DNA of 54,850 nt, taken from NCBI GenBank assembly GCA_021802105.1, contig JAKAAW010000003.1, positions 1 through 54,850 of the forward strand, in the 5' to 3' direction. Shown in pieces: positions 37,883-49,056 of this stretch. How positions within the stretch are numbered: position 1 is the stretch's first letter; the number at the start of each line of letters is the position of its first letter. The translations under genes were made by a program, and so were the position numbers. Under the pieces are notes generated by a model. The model was not told where the DNA came from and did no database searches. It saw only the letters and a list, made by a program, of their open reading frames with translations. The stretch is from Nanobdellota archaeon (lineage in GTDB: Archaea > Nanobdellota > Nanobdellia > Parvarchaeales > Parvarchaeaceae).

Positions 37883-40153
37883 ATGAATCCTAATCTAAAT
37901 GATTTTGACCTGTGGATAAAGCATAATCGAAAATATATAATTCTAGTTTGGGTTATGGCGTTCCTTATAGCCGCGCCATTTGCAGCAAATCTGTTCAGTA
38001 TAGTATCTTATAATGTGACGGGTGGGAATTCAAGTGCTATAAACGCTACACATACACAGGCAATCGTGTTCACAAACCCTAACTTATTATCTAATAATTC
38101 AAAGCTGATGTTTGAAAACTTAAGTAGCACTTATGCTAAGACCGGGTTTACCTCAGTGTATTCTGTTGAGTTTTTGCTTCTAAATTCTACTTACAATGCA
38201 ATAATTTCTCAGGCACATATAATAGAATCAGCATTATACGCTGCTAATAATATAACTGCACAGGATGTGAGCCCATCACTGAATTATACAATACATAGGG
38301 AAGCTATCTTCAAGATATATTCAGGCTTGAACTCATCGGATAACCTAAAACCAGGACCCACACTACTTTCATTCGTATCTGACTCGGTAAACGGGTACAA
38401 CAACGCGACTCCTGAGTATATATTCAATACATACAATTTCCCACACTACCCTGTAATGCCCACAAACGGCACCATGCTTACGCTTATCAACGCTGAGCAC
38501 AACGCTGCTATAGCCGTCGTAAATACTTCTAATTACACTGCTGTTTCTAGCACAATCGGCAGGATAAGCGGCTTTTTCAACACCCACTCGTATGTAACGG
38601 GATCCAGCGCGCTTACTGGCAGTATAAAATCCAGTACACAAACTGGGACAACCATCGCGATAATGATAGGGATCTTAATCGCAATAATAGTTACAGGGTT
38701 CATATTTAGATCTCCTGTAGCCGCATTTGTACCTCTACTTATATTCGGCGTGGACCTTACTATCGCTTACGCGATATTTTTTGCTATTTTCAGATTCATA
38801 GCTGATAAGAGCGTATCTTTTTTCGATCCTGCTATAACATCCATCTTGATGCTAGGTTTGTCAACAGATTATATAGTGTATATACTTTATAGATACCGAC
38901 AGGAGAGGGGTTATGGCGTTACTTCGCGGAAGGCGGCCAGCCTCTCTCTCAAATGGGCAGGAGGCGCTGTTCTTATCAGTAGCATAACCATAATAAGCGC
39001 CTATATCGTATTGTACGCGTTTAACATGGCATTTATAGGGAGTTCTGGTGCGATGAATGCCGTCGGCATAGGAATAGTTCTACTCTCGGCGCTTACACTG
39101 CTGCCTTCTATGATATACTCTGCAGGAGACAGATTGATATACCCCCACAAAGGGAGACGCATTCGTGACGGAAAGTTTTTCAGAAGTCTGGCTAGGCTAG
39201 ACCAAAAAAACAGTAAAAAATTCATAGTCATATTCATAGTGGTTGCACTCATATCTGCTTACATATTTATAAGTGTCTCCTCTGGATTCGATTTCTTGGG
39301 CCTTCTTCCCAATTCGCAAGCCAAATCTGCGTTCTATGTTTCAACTTCTAATTTCGGATTCGATGTTCTTGATCCTATGATCCTGACCATAACGAACGCG
39401 AACGCCTCCAGCACAGCAACGCTGATAAGTGGGCTAGATAATATAAGCGGTGTATACACCACTGTCCCAGGGGCCAATGCCAGGACTTTTAACGTTTATC
39501 TAAAGTCCAACGGATTCTCAAATGGGGCCCTATCTACATATAATAAGATGATTTTTTATCTGTCCTCCTCAAATGTTAGCTACAGCCTTGTCGGATTGCA
39601 GTCTTTCCTCGGAGATTCTCTGAATTCTTTCGCAAGAGATATCCCGTTACTGGTGACTGTGTTGGGGATAGTCATATTTTTTATACTATTAATTCTGCTT
39701 CGCTCGATCTTTACGCCGCTTCGGCTTATACTTATGCTTATGGCAATCGTTCTTATAGCAAATGCCATCACAGTGGGCATATTCTATTTTGTATTTTCAT
39801 TTCCTATTATCATAATAGCACAGGTTTTCCTGATAATAAACATAATGGGTGTCGGAGTGGACTATGACATATTCCTTGTTCTTAGGATAAGAGAACATGT
39901 AAGAAAGGGATTGAGTACCGAGAAAGCGATAGAAGAGGGACTAGTTAAAAGCGGACCGGTTATAATAAGCATAGGCGTTATACTTGCAACTGTGTTCCTA
40001 TCTCTTATATCCAGTGGGATACCTCTTCTTGCAGAGGTAGGATTCATGGTTGGAGCTGGTATACTTCTTGATACATTCCTGTCTATATTGATAATAATCC
40101 CGTCCTTCATGTTTATAATATCAAAATATAATTGGTGGCCGTCCAAAAACTGA
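37883..40153 (+). CDS. MMPL/RND-family membrane transporter
   Basis: Two repeats of 6 TM segments with GLSTDY..RYRQE and GVGVDY..RIRE motifs. Confidence 0.9.
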   Translation: MNPNLNDFDLWIKHNRKYIILVWVMAFLIAAPFAANLFSIVSYNVTGGNSSAINATHTQAIVFTNPNLLSNNSKLMFENLSSTYAKTGFTSVYSVEFLLLNSTYNAIISQAHIIESALYAANNITAQDVSPSLNYTIHREAIFKIYSGLNSSDNLKPGPTLLSFVSDSVNGYNNATPEYIFNTYNFPHYPVMPTNGTMLTLINAEHNAAIAVVNTSNYTAVSSTIGRISGFFNTHSYVTGSSALTGSIKSSTQTGTTIAIMIGILIAIIVTGFIFRSPVAAFVPLLIFGVDLTIAYAIFFAIFRFIADKSVSFFDPAITSILMLGLSTDYIVYILYRYRQERGYGVTSRKAASLSLKWAGGAVLISSITIISAYIVLYAFNMAFIGSSGAMNAVGIGIVLLSALTLLPSMIYSAGDRLIYPHKGRRIRDGKFFRSLARLDQKNSKKFIVIFIVVALISAYIFISVSSGFDFLGLLPNSQAKSAFYVSTSNFGFDVLDPMILTITNANASSTATLISGLDNISGVYTTVPGANARTFNVYLKSNGFSNGALSTYNKMIFYLSSSNVSYSLVGLQSFLGDSLNSFARDIPLLVTVLGIVIFFILLILLRSIFTPLRLILMLMAIVLIANAITVGIFYFVFSFPIIIIAQVFLIINIMGVGVDYDIFLVLRIREHVRKGLSTEKAIEEGLVKSGPVIISIGVILATVFLSLISSGIPLLAEVGFMVGAGILLDTFLSILIIIPSFMFIISKYNWWPSKN

Positions 40154-40154
40154 T

Positions 40155-40916
40155 ATGAATATCCTGAAAAGACTATTTGCAAAAGAGGATGAGAAGACAA
40201 TAAAGACGATAAAAAATGAGGATGATACACTGTCAGTTGCAGAGAATAATGAGGAGATTACGCTCAAGATAAACAATATAGTGTATTCAAGGCTTAACAA
40301 AAAATCGTTGTATACAGGATCGTACTGGGATTACTTTGCGCCTTTACCGATGCTATACCCCCACCCAAAGATAGCTATGATAGGCCTTGGAGGAGGAACT
40401 ATACTATACCAGCTGACGCACCTCTATAAAAAAATAAATATTGATGCGATAGAGATAAACACTTCTATGGTAGAACTATCAAAGTTTTTCCTGCGTGAAA
40501 AATTAAAGAATGTAAACATAATCACAGAGGACGGCTCGAAGTATATCAAGAGGATAAAAGATGGTTATGATATTCTGATATTGGACGCGTATGAGAGGGA
40601 TCACATACCTGATGTGTTCCTTAAGGAGAAGTTTATAGAGGACGCTTTCAACGCGTTAAAGGATGATGGAGTTATGGCTATAAACTACGCTTTGAACCTT
40701 TCCGCTCTTGTTTATCTAGATAGATACACCGCAAAATTGAAGAAACTGTTCAATGTATACACAATAAATAACCCCTTCACATCTGGTAACATGATAATAT
40801 TATGCTCCAAAAAATTTGACAGAGACCAATTACTCCAAAAAATAAGTGCTAACTTCAAGGAGACTGGAGAGAGCAGGAGTGTTATGATAGGGTATAGAGA
40901 TATGAGTCCAGCATAG
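40155..40916 (+). CDS. Spermidine synthase-like SAM-dependent transferase
   Basis: IGLGGG, AIEIN, EDG and LILDAY motifs. Confidence 0.8.
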   Translation: MNILKRLFAKEDEKTIKTIKNEDDTLSVAENNEEITLKINNIVYSRLNKKSLYTGSYWDYFAPLPMLYPHPKIAMIGLGGGTILYQLTHLYKKINIDAIEINTSMVELSKFFLREKLKNVNIITEDGSKYIKRIKDGYDILILDAYERDHIPDVFLKEKFIEDAFNALKDDGVMAINYALNLSALVYLDRYTAKLKKLFNVYTINNPFTSGNMIILCSKKFDRDQLLQKISANFKETGESRSVMIGYRDMSPA

Positions 40917-40970
40917 CAAACAATCAGTATGTCTATAAATTTCACGCGTGCAATCAATTTCCGTAGTGAT

Positions 40971-42443
40971 ATGAGAACAGCACCTAAATTCAAAGAGCCT
41001 AATTTCACGAAGGTGACAGATAATATCTGGGACGTTGATAAGAGTTTTAAGGAAGGTATGAGAGTACCTGCTAGAATATACTCAACAGAAAGACTTCTTA
41101 AGAATATGGATCTTCAAGTCTTTGACCAAGCGGCCAATATAGCCATGATGCCAGGTATAGAAAAGTATGCATTTGTAATGCCAGACGGGCACAGTGGGTA
41201 TGGAAGTCCTATAGGAGGGGTTGCAGCCTTCGATGTAGATAGAGAGGGTGTCATATCGCCTGGTATGGTTGGTTTTGATATAAACTGTGGGATGAGACTG
41301 ATCCTTACAGACCTTACTCTCAAGCAAGTGAGACCAAAGATAAAGGAATTGACTGATAATCTATTCAAGAGGATACCTGCAGGGGTCGGAAGTAAGAGCA
41401 GTCTGGTCCTAAACAGAGATGACTTCAAGGAACTATCAGAAGAAGGGGCGAGATGGGCGATCAAGAAAGGTTATGGATGGAAAGAGGATTTGGATGTTAC
41501 TGAGTTAAATGGAAAAGCAGACTGGGCTGATAACTCAAAGATATCTGAGAAAGCAATAGAGAGAGGTATGAAACAGATAGGTACTCTCGGTTCAGGCAAT
41601 CACTATCTCGAAGTACAGTACATTAAACCTGAAGACATAAAGAATAAGGCTCTCGCCAAGAAGTGGGGTGTCTTCCCTAATCAAATAGTCATTATGTTCC
41701 ATACCGGATCCAGGGGGGCTGGCCATCAGATAGCAAGTGATTATACACAGTCATTTCTTGAAGTTATGGATAGTAAATACCACATAAAAGTAAACGACCG
41801 GGAGCTGGCTTGTGCTCCTTTCAACTCCAAAGAAGGCCAAAACTATTATGAGGCAATGGGCTGCGGCGTTAACATAAGCTTTGCCAATAGACAGCTGATT
41901 TTGCATAAGATAAGGGAGGCTTTTTCCGAGGTGTTCAAGAAAGATGCTGAAAAGCTCGGTATGCACCAGTTGTTTGATATAGCTCATAATAGGGCTTCGT
42001 TGGAAAGACATAAAATCGATGGAGAGATTAAAGAGCTACTTGTCCATAGAAAAGGTAGCACGGGTTCTTATCCTCCTGGAAGGAAAGAGATACCGAAAAA
42101 GTTCAGAGAGGATGGTTCTCCTGTGATAATAGGGGGCAGTATGGAGACCGGATCTTATCTTATGGTTGGCGGGCCAAATGCACCGGAGACGTTCGATTCT
42201 ACAGCGCATGGTAGTGGAAGAACTATGAGCAGAACTAAAGCTAGAGGTATGGTTAAAGGAAAGGATCTATTTGAGAAGATGTTACGAAACGGCATCTACG
42301 TGAAAAGCGTCTCGTGGTCAGGTCTAGCAGAGGAAAGTGCGGAAAGCTATAAGGATATAGATGAGGTTGTCGATGCAGTTGACTCTGCAGGTCTATCGAA
42401 GAAAGTGTCCAGATTCACGCCACTCTCGAATGTTAAAGGATGA
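40971..42443 (+). CDS. rtcB: tRNA-splicing ligase RtcB
   Basis: MPDGHSGYG, GFDINCG, GSGNHYLE, HTGSRG and HGSGR motifs; likely start ATG 40971. Confidence 0.96.
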   Translation: MRTAPKFKEPNFTKVTDNIWDVDKSFKEGMRVPARIYSTERLLKNMDLQVFDQAANIAMMPGIEKYAFVMPDGHSGYGSPIGGVAAFDVDREGVISPGMVGFDINCGMRLILTDLTLKQVRPKIKELTDNLFKRIPAGVGSKSSLVLNRDDFKELSEEGARWAIKKGYGWKEDLDVTELNGKADWADNSKISEKAIERGMKQIGTLGSGNHYLEVQYIKPEDIKNKALAKKWGVFPNQIVIMFHTGSRGAGHQIASDYTQSFLEVMDSKYHIKVNDRELACAPFNSKEGQNYYEAMGCGVNISFANRQLILHKIREAFSEVFKKDAEKLGMHQLFDIAHNRASLERHKIDGEIKELLVHRKGSTGSYPPGRKEIPKKFREDGSPVIIGGSMETGSYLMVGGPNAPETFDSTAHGSGRTMSRTKARGMVKGKDLFEKMLRNGIYVKSVSWSGLAEESAESYKDIDEVVDAVDSAGLSKKVSRFTPLSNVKG

Positions 42444-42444
42444 T

Positions 42445-42876
42445 ATGGGATACAGATTCATTGAAGACATAGCTATAGCTGACATCGCGTTTGAGGCATC
42501 TGGTAAGGATATTAATGAACTTTTTGAATATTCTGCGTACGCACTGGAAAACACTATGGTTAAAGATCTAAAAAGTATAAAGCATGAAAGCACAAAAGAA
42601 TTCAAAGTAAATGCAAAGAATCTGGATATACTCCTAGTACAATTCCTTGATAGGCTGATCTTTTACAAAGACACTGAGCAGTTAGTGTTCGCTGAAGTTA
42701 ATGTTAACGTGGAAAAAAGCGGTGAAGGTTATGAAGCACACTGTAGTGCGATGGGGGAAACGCTTGACTCTGAAAGACACAGTTTACTTGTCGACGTTAA
42801 AGCAGTGACTATGCACATGCTTTATGTTCGCAAGGAAGAAGAAACTTGGAAGGCTATGGTGGTGCTGGATATATGA
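42445..42876 (+). CDS. Archease
   Basis: YRFIE...ADI, DVKAVTMH and VLDI motifs; adjacent to rtcB. Confidence 0.92.
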   Translation: MGYRFIEDIAIADIAFEASGKDINELFEYSAYALENTMVKDLKSIKHESTKEFKVNAKNLDILLVQFLDRLIFYKDTEQLVFAEVNVNVEKSGEGYEAHCSAMGETLDSERHSLLVDVKAVTMHMLYVRKEEETWKAMVVLDI

Positions 42877-43994
42877 AGAGAGGAATCTCTATTCATTACG
42901 GTGAGATAGCCCTTAAAGGGAAACTCAGGTCAAGATTCGAAAAGATGCTGATAAACAATATAATATACGGTACTGGTTACAAACCTGCTACAGTCGAGAA
43001 CAGGCTATTCATAGATAACCAAGACGACAGCACTGTAAACAAGCTGACACTTACGCCTGGTGTTTCGTGGACCGGAAAATACATTATGATCGAAAGAGAT
43101 CAGGACTCCCTAGAAAAAACTCTTAATGAGATAATCAAGGACCCTGGACAACCTATAAATTTAGATGTAAAAAGGATAGATAAGAATTTTGAGAGCACTT
43201 CATTGGATATTAAGCAGAAGATCCTTAAGGACATGCATATACAACTCTCTTCAACTGGACCAAAGATACGTGTAGAGATAATGAAAGATAGCTTCATAGT
43301 AAATTACGATATAAAAAGAGGGATTGGCGGCGTTCCATCCGGCAGTGCTGGAAGGGTCATATCACTGTTCTCTGGCGGAATAGACTCGGCGGTAGCCCCA
43401 CTCGAAATGATGAAAAGAGGCTGCAATGTCGATCTGCTGCATGTTTATGCAGTCGCCACAGACGCCCAAGTTCTTGAAAGCAAAGTTGGTGAGATAGCAA
43501 GGAATTTATCCTTCACGGCACCCCTTAGGCTTTACATGGTGCCTTTCCACATATTCAATCTAAAAGTAATGTCAATAAACCCAAGATATGAGCTTGTTAT
43601 GTTCAAAAGATTTCTTTTGAAACTTGCAGATGGACTATGTTCACTGTATGGTTACAAAGGGATAGTTACTGGTGATTCTCTATCACAGGTTGCTTCACAA
43701 ACTCTTGATAATATAAGCGCCATAAGCTATGGCATAGATGTACCTGTCTTCAGACCGCTGTTATCACACAACAAAGAGGATATCATTGATAAAGCAAAAA
43801 TGTATGGCACATATGAGTCCTCTATAAAGAAATACAAGGACTGCTGTTCTATAGTATCTAAAAAGCCGCTAACCACGGCGTCAAAAGAGAAGGTTTTAGA
43901 ATTTGAAAAAGAACTTTATCTTGACGCGATAGTAAAAGAAAGCCTCTCAAAAATAAGTGTGAAGAAGTTTGATTCGGCTATGATAGATAAGTAA
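42873..43994 (+). CDS. thiI: tRNA 4-thiouridine synthase ThiI
   Basis: HYGEIALKG, SGGIDS PP-loop, SQVASQTL and DCC motifs. Confidence 0.92.
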   Translation: MKRGISIHYGEIALKGKLRSRFEKMLINNIIYGTGYKPATVENRLFIDNQDDSTVNKLTLTPGVSWTGKYIMIERDQDSLEKTLNEIIKDPGQPINLDVKRIDKNFESTSLDIKQKILKDMHIQLSSTGPKIRVEIMKDSFIVNYDIKRGIGGVPSGSAGRVISLFSGGIDSAVAPLEMMKRGCNVDLLHVYAVATDAQVLESKVGEIARNLSFTAPLRLYMVPFHIFNLKVMSINPRYELVMFKRFLLKLADGLCSLYGYKGIVTGDSLSQVASQTLDNISAISYGIDVPVFRPLLSHNKEDIIDKAKMYGTYESSIKKYKDCCSIVSKKPLTTASKEKVLEFEKELYLDAIVKESLSKISVKKFDSAMIDK

Positions 43995-44186
43995 CTTCTA
44001 CTATTTTAGCCGCTCCTCATAAATATCAGCTATAACTGCATGTTTCAACATCACGGCGGATATACGTTGCGTTAACTATTATCTTTTATTATCTCCGCTA
44101 GCTTTTGGAACGCTTTGTTTGATATATGCACTTCTTCATAAAGGTAGGGCATGCAAACAGAGTTACAAATAGTCTCCGCAAAGGAG

Positions 44187-45005
44187 TTATTCTCTTATCC
44201 CATTAAGTCTTGAGTAGTTGTATAGGAATAACTGCGCGTAACCGGAGTATCTGCCAAAGTACCTTATCATCATCTCTCTTTTTGCTCTGTAACTTTTCGC
44301 GTCTTTTATTATGTGGGGATAATAGTTTTTTACGATCCTTAACATCCACACATCCATAGGAAAAGCCTGCAAATCGTGAAGTCCGTAAAGGAGTATGCAA
44401 TCCAAAACCTTTTCGCCAACGCCTTTTATCCCCAAAAGACGCTCTTTAATGTCATCAACAGGCATGGATTCATTTATATTGTGTTTGGAAAAGTTCTCTG
44501 CGGCAGACATGACAAACTTCGTCCTAAACCCTAGTTTGAAGTCTCTTAGCGCGCTTATCCCCCTATCGTATACTTCCAAAAAACTTGGGAAGTTATACAC
44601 CTTCATTCCCCCGAAATCCTTAACTTCTCCGTAAAATTCCGACATTGCAGATATTCTCCTTTGGATTAATGGAATATTGGACTGTATAGAAAGTATAAAC
44701 CCAAGAGTTGTAGGCCACAGATGATCGTTTATGACCCTCAACCCTCCAGAATACTGTATGGCCTTGTCTAGAAAGTCGTCCTTGTCGAGCTCTATTTTTA
44801 TTGAGGTTATATCATCCGATAAGCCAAGTCTTATTTTTATTTCTGACTCGCTGCAGCCATAATATTCTATCTTATCACCAATCTGGCGTGCTCTGATAGG
44901 TTTGCCTACAAACGAAAACCAGTAATCTCCTACTCTCTTCCATGTGAAAGTTTGCCCTGACTTGAGGGTAGCGTCTAGAGAGAAGTCGGTCACCTGCATT
45001 TCCAT
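44187..45005 (-). CDS. 8-oxoguanine DNA glycosylase (OGG1-type HhH-GPD)
   Basis: TLKSGQTF.W, GIKGVGEKVLDC, FPMDVW and GYAQLFL motifs. Confidence 0.88.
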   Translation of the reverse strand: MEMQVTDFSLDATLKSGQTFTWKRVGDYWFSFVGKPIRARQIGDKIEYYGCSESEIKIRLGLSDDITSIKIELDKDDFLDKAIQYSGGLRVINDHLWPTTLGFILSIQSNIPLIQRRISAMSEFYGEVKDFGGMKVYNFPSFLEVYDRGISALRDFKLGFRTKFVMSAAENFSKHNINESMPVDDIKERLLGIKGVGEKVLDCILLYGLHDLQAFPMDVWMLRIVKNYYPHIIKDAKSYRAKREMMIRYFGRYSGYAQLFLYNYSRLNGIRE

Positions 45006-45076
45006 ATTTTAAACTTAAACGAATAAGTTATATATAAGTGATAACTATATAGGTTTAAAAATTTCATAGGTGTTAT

Positions 45077-45171
45077 GCTGGGTTGGCTGAGCGGTTAAAG
45101 CGCTGGTCTTGAGAAGACTCAAGTAAACCAGTTTCCGAAAGGATGCGTAGGTTCAAATCCTGCACCCAGCG
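45077..45171 (+). tRNA. tRNA-Ser(TGA) with 12-nt intron at 37/38 (45114-45125)
   Basis: GCTGGGT/ACCCAGC, CTGGT-ctTGAg[intron]a-ACCAG, BHB helix CTTG/CAAG, long variable arm, G discriminator. Confidence 0.92.
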
Positions 45172-45287
45172 TTTTTCCCTTACAGATTTTTTACGGTGAA
45201 AAGTTAAATTTTATAAAAAACTACTCGCTGATACGAAGGAAACTCTGTAGAATCTGCCATGAAAGAACGAAAACAGCGTGAAATGTT

Positions 45288-45614
45288 TCAAAGTTTCCTT
45301 AATATAAACCTATCAGGAACCTTATCGCCCTTTAACTCTATACCGTCTCTCATAAGTTTGCGCTTCTTTATGACTATACTGTTCTTATCATTTGCATCAC
45401 CAAGCGTATAACCTCCCAGATTCCCGTCGGACCTAATGACCTTATAACAGGGGTATTCTTTGGGGTGCCCGTTTTCACTCAGTATTCTCCCGACAAATCG
45501 AGGGTTTATGCACAACTTTTTCCCTATAGCACCATAAGTAGTAACTTTTCCCCCCGGTATACTCTTTAGCAGGGAATAAACCCTTTGGTATTCATTTCCT
45601 TTGGTTTTCTCCAT
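45288..45614 (-). CDS. O6-alkylguanine DNA alkyltransferase (MGMT) C-terminal-domain protein
   Basis: IPGGKVTTYG, PRFVG, PCYKV, GGY motifs. Confidence 0.88.
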   Translation of the reverse strand: MEKTKGNEYQRVYSLLKSIPGGKVTTYGAIGKKLCINPRFVGRILSENGHPKEYPCYKVIRSDGNLGGYTLGDANDKNSIVIKKRKLMRDGIELKGDKVPDRFILRKL

Positions 45615-45617
45615 AAG

Positions 45618-46307
45618 CTACTCTACTAATATGCTTTTGACCATCTTTTCCTCAGATATTATATTCTTCTCACCTAGACGTGAGAACCAATTGTTTATGT
45701 TATGTATATCTCTGATCAGAAATTCCTTAGTAAGACTCGTAAGCTTTAGCGACTGAGAAAAATCTATAAGGTATGGTTCTCCATTGAAGTTCAGTATATT
45801 ATATGGGCTTAAATCACCGTGTATAAAACCTCTTTTGCCCATCTTTACTATGAAACCGACCAACTTTGTATACCAAGAATCTACATCAAAGTCCGTGTCT
45901 TTTATCGCTAGCCTTGCTGGAACCAAGTCCTCTCCTATAAACTGCATCACTATGATGTTCCCGAAAAGACGATATGGCTCAGGTGCGTTTACTCCTATAT
46001 TGAATGCCTTCTCTAAAAAGTTATATTCAAACCTTGACCAATCATCTATCTTCTTTAGGAAACCACCTGTTTTTGACCCTCTAAGTCTAAGATAAACAGG
46101 TATCTTATTGAAAGATTGTATATTGTGCCTATGGATTTTCACCGCTACTTTTCTACCTTTGTAGTCGGTGCTCAAAAAAACGTATGACTCTTTCCCGCTT
46201 CCTACGGGACCTATAAGAGATCCGATATAGCCATCACTCTCTAATTTGTTCAGATTATACACGGTGTCTTTATCGAATACGTGCTGGAATGTTTTAACTT
46301 TCGGCAT
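45618..46307 (-). CDS. RIO1-family kinase
   Basis: [22 protein letters not shown] and IDFSQ motifs. Confidence 0.92.
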   Translation of the reverse strand: MPKVKTFQHVFDKDTVYNLNKLESDGYIGSLIGPVGSGKESYVFLSTDYKGRKVAVKIHRHNIQSFNKIPVYLRLRGSKTGGFLKKIDDWSRFEYNFLEKAFNIGVNAPEPYRLFGNIIVMQFIGEDLVPARLAIKDTDFDVDSWYTKLVGFIVKMGKRGFIHGDLSPYNILNFNGEPYLIDFSQSLKLTSLTKEFLIRDIHNINNWFSRLGEKNIISEEKMVKSILVE

Positions 46308-48213
46308 AGCGTTTTTGCAGCGCCTTCTTTATGGAAGCGATAAGTTTCTGCTTGTTCTTGCTTTCTACCATGGCATATTTGACTACTTCAGTTATGTTCT
46401 GGACAGGTATTATCTTCACAGACTTGTATGTTGATACTATGTCCCCGAGATTCGAGGCAGGTATTATAACTTCGCTCATACCAGCGTTGACTGCTGCCTC
46501 TATCTTTGCATTTACTCCTCCGACAGGTAAAACTTCTCCAAGTATAGATATTGATCCTGTCATCGCCGTCGACTGCTTTATAGGCACCCCTGTAAGGGCT
46601 GATAGAATGCTTGCAGCCACGCTTATACTCGCACTGTCTCCCTCTACACCGGAGTATGCCTGCAAGAACTGTATGTGGATATCATAATTAGTAAGGGGCT
46701 CTTTTGCGTACAGCTTTACTATAGCCGATACGTTTTTGACCGCTTCCTGCGCTATTTCTCCGAGTTTACCTGTCGCTATTATCTCTCCTGCCCCCTTTCT
46801 CATGCTCTTTGTTATTATAGCCTCAATAGGGAGCATAAGGCCAGAATCTGAATTCTCTATAACGGCGAGACCGTTGACCCTGCCGATCCTTGAGCCCTTG
46901 TTTTGGATTATGTCATATTCCTTCTTCTCTTTTATGTATTTTGATGCTATCTGCTGTTCGAAAGACTTTGCAAAGTTTCTTGCGCGCTCTATATCCGAAA
47001 CTGTGACTACAGAGTGCCTATTTTCTTTGGCTACGTCTCCGGCGACTCTTATCACTCCGCCTAAGTCTCTCAGGAATAATGTGAGGGAGTTCTTCCTTCC
47101 TGCTTTCCTGCGAGCTTCTTTAACTATCTCCCCAACAGCTTCACGCGAAAAAGGAGGTATCTTCTTGTCCTTGGCTACTTCTTGCGCCACAAATCTTGCT
47201 ATCTTATCCCTGTTTTCTATCGTGTCTGGCATGGTATCATTCATGTACACTTCATAACCGTATCCTCTTATCCTTGACCTCAAAGCGGGACTCATATTAG
47301 ATATTGAATTTGGATTTCCAGCGCCGACCAGGACAAAGTCACAAGGTGCAGGAGTAGTTTTTACCATCGCTCCGGCACTTCTCTCGCTCCTACCTGTTAT
47401 AGTGGCTCTCTTATCCTGCATGGCGGTTAGAAGCTGTATCTGCATTTCTGGAGATAAATTTGCTATCTCGTCTATGAAAAGCACGCCACCATTAGCCTTG
47501 TGTATATCCCCCATTACCACTCTCTCGTGCGGCGGGGTCCCCAGACCGCCAGACTGGAACGGATCGTGCTGCACGTCTCCCAGCAGTGCGCCTTCATGGG
47601 CACCTGTAGCGTCTATAAACGGTGCGTTTTTCATCGACGAATTATCTATAAGCAGTTTTGGCGAAAGTACGCTGACACGTGCTCTTCCTAGCCTGTACAT
47701 CAATATGACTATGAGAAAGCCTATCAACATCGTTATTATGAAGAGCGTACCTGATATCTGGTTGGCAGCTGCAAGTATTGCATTGCTCTGGTTCTGGACA
47801 AAAAGATTCACTATGTAGCTTGCTATGAAAAAAGCGACTAGGATGCCTATGAATATTAGCATGTTATTGCCACCGTTCATTGCAGCTACGTTCTTAGCTT
47901 TGGCCTGGGTGACTATCCTTCTGCCTTCTCCCGCCGGAACAGTCTTTATTATTGGTTCATTCTCATCCTTTGGGTTTGGTAAGGATATCATGTCCACCAG
48001 TTTCTCTGCTGGCAGTAACTCAGAAAGCGCTTGCCCTAACATACTTTTACCAGTTCCGGGAGAACCGATCAAAAGCACATTTCTTCTCTGTGTAGCGGCC
48101 TTTTTGATTATCTCTGAAGCCTCATCCTGTCCTATGACTTGATCGACTATCTTTGACGGTATTTTTATATCGTTTGTCGTCCTGAACTGGATCTCAAATA
48201 CCTTATCAGCCAT
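46294..48213 (-). CDS. lonB: Archaeal membrane-bound Lon protease (LonB)
   Basis: [10 protein letters not shown] insertion, [12 protein letters not shown] and GDSAS catalytic motif. Confidence 0.96.
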   Translation of the reverse strand: MADKVFEIQFRTTNDIKIPSKIVDQVIGQDEASEIIKKAATQRRNVLLIGSPGTGKSMLGQALSELLPAEKLVDMISLPNPKDENEPIIKTVPAGEGRRIVTQAKAKNVAAMNGGNNMLIFIGILVAFFIASYIVNLFVQNQSNAILAAANQISGTLFIITMLIGFLIVILMYRLGRARVSVLSPKLLIDNSSMKNAPFIDATGAHEGALLGDVQHDPFQSGGLGTPPHERVVMGDIHKANGGVLFIDEIANLSPEMQIQLLTAMQDKRATITGRSERSAGAMVKTTPAPCDFVLVGAGNPNSISNMSPALRSRIRGYGYEVYMNDTMPDTIENRDKIARFVAQEVAKDKKIPPFSREAVGEIVKEARRKAGRKNSLTLFLRDLGGVIRVAGDVAKENRHSVVTVSDIERARNFAKSFEQQIASKYIKEKKEYDIIQNKGSRIGRVNGLAVIENSDSGLMLPIEAIITKSMRKGAGEIIATGKLGEIAQEAVKNVSAIVKLYAKEPLTNYDIHIQFLQAYSGVEGDSASISVAASILSALTGVPIKQSTAMTGSISILGEVLPVGGVNAKIEAAVNAGMSEVIIPASNLGDIVSTYKSVKIIPVQNITEVVKYAMVESKNKQKLIASIKKALQKRYAES

Positions 48214-48264
48214 ATCCTCTTTTTAGCAAGTTGTCTCTTATAAGCTTTGTATATATGTTTTCAT

Positions 48265-48546
48265 CTATAGAATCGAACTCGGAGCTTCCTCCTCAGAAGG
48301 AGATGAGACTATGCTAGATATTATCATTATATCATCTATCGCTCTCACGAGGCTGTGCTGGATTATCGCACCTCTTGCCCCTTTTATCATCTTTGAGAGA
48401 TTGGAAGAAGCACTAGCTTTTACTCTCCAACTCACTATTCTATTGTCCAGAATTATAGCCTCATCAACCTCACCGAAGTACGAACCGCTATCGGTAAAAA
48501 CCTTAAGACCTGAGGTGCCTGTTACATTCTTTAATTTCAATGCCAT
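48265..48546 (-). CDS. PRC-barrel domain protein
   Basis: VFTDSG.YFGEV and VRAIDDIMII motifs. Confidence 0.85.
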   Translation of the reverse strand: MALKLKNVTGTSGLKVFTDSGSYFGEVDEAIILDNRIVSWRVKASASSNLSKMIKGARGAIIQHSLVRAIDDIMIISSIVSSPSEEEAPSSIL

Positions 48547-48605
48547 ACATTAGTTTCTCTCTCGGTGCTTAAATATTTAACTATCCCCCAAGATAGGAAG
48601 ATCGT

Positions 48606-49025
48606 CTATAAACGGACCTCCTCCCAGCTCACTCTCTTATTCTCCACTGCGTCTTTTACGAGCTTTTCAGACAAGTTTAGCCTCGCTGAGCCCGTCTTGA
48701 CTTCTACAAATTTTATATTTATTTTTATGTTTGCATCTGACTGTTCTGACAGCCCCTGAAACACGACATAATCTATGGGATCCCCAACGAACCTAAAATC
48801 TGCCACGTCCCCGAACCTTCTTGAAACCATTGGGAATAGCTCCTCGCTTATCTGGCCCTTCACTATCGATCTCTGCGCATTAAGTGCTCTGTCCACTTCC
48901 TTTGATAGTTCCTTTTCTTTCCACCTTCTAATGTAATTCTTAAACAAGAAATAAAAAGTTGCACCCGAGACTGCGGATATGATTATACTTCCTAACATGA
49001 GACCGATGATAAACCCAGACGTCAT
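48606..49025 (-). CDS. Membrane-anchored Holliday-junction-resolvase-like endonuclease (Endonuc_Holl family)
   Basis: N-terminal TM, RS..KGQISEEL.P, GDPIDYVVF and FVEVKTG motifs. Confidence 0.85.
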   Translation of the reverse strand: MTSGFIIGLMLGSIIISAVSGATFYFLFKNYIRRWKEKELSKEVDRALNAQRSIVKGQISEELFPMVSRRFGDVADFRFVGDPIDYVVFQGLSEQSDANIKINIKFVEVKTGSARLNLSEKLVKDAVENKRVSWEEVRL

Positions 49026-49056
49026 AGTTATTGTTGGTTTTTTATAATAATAACCT

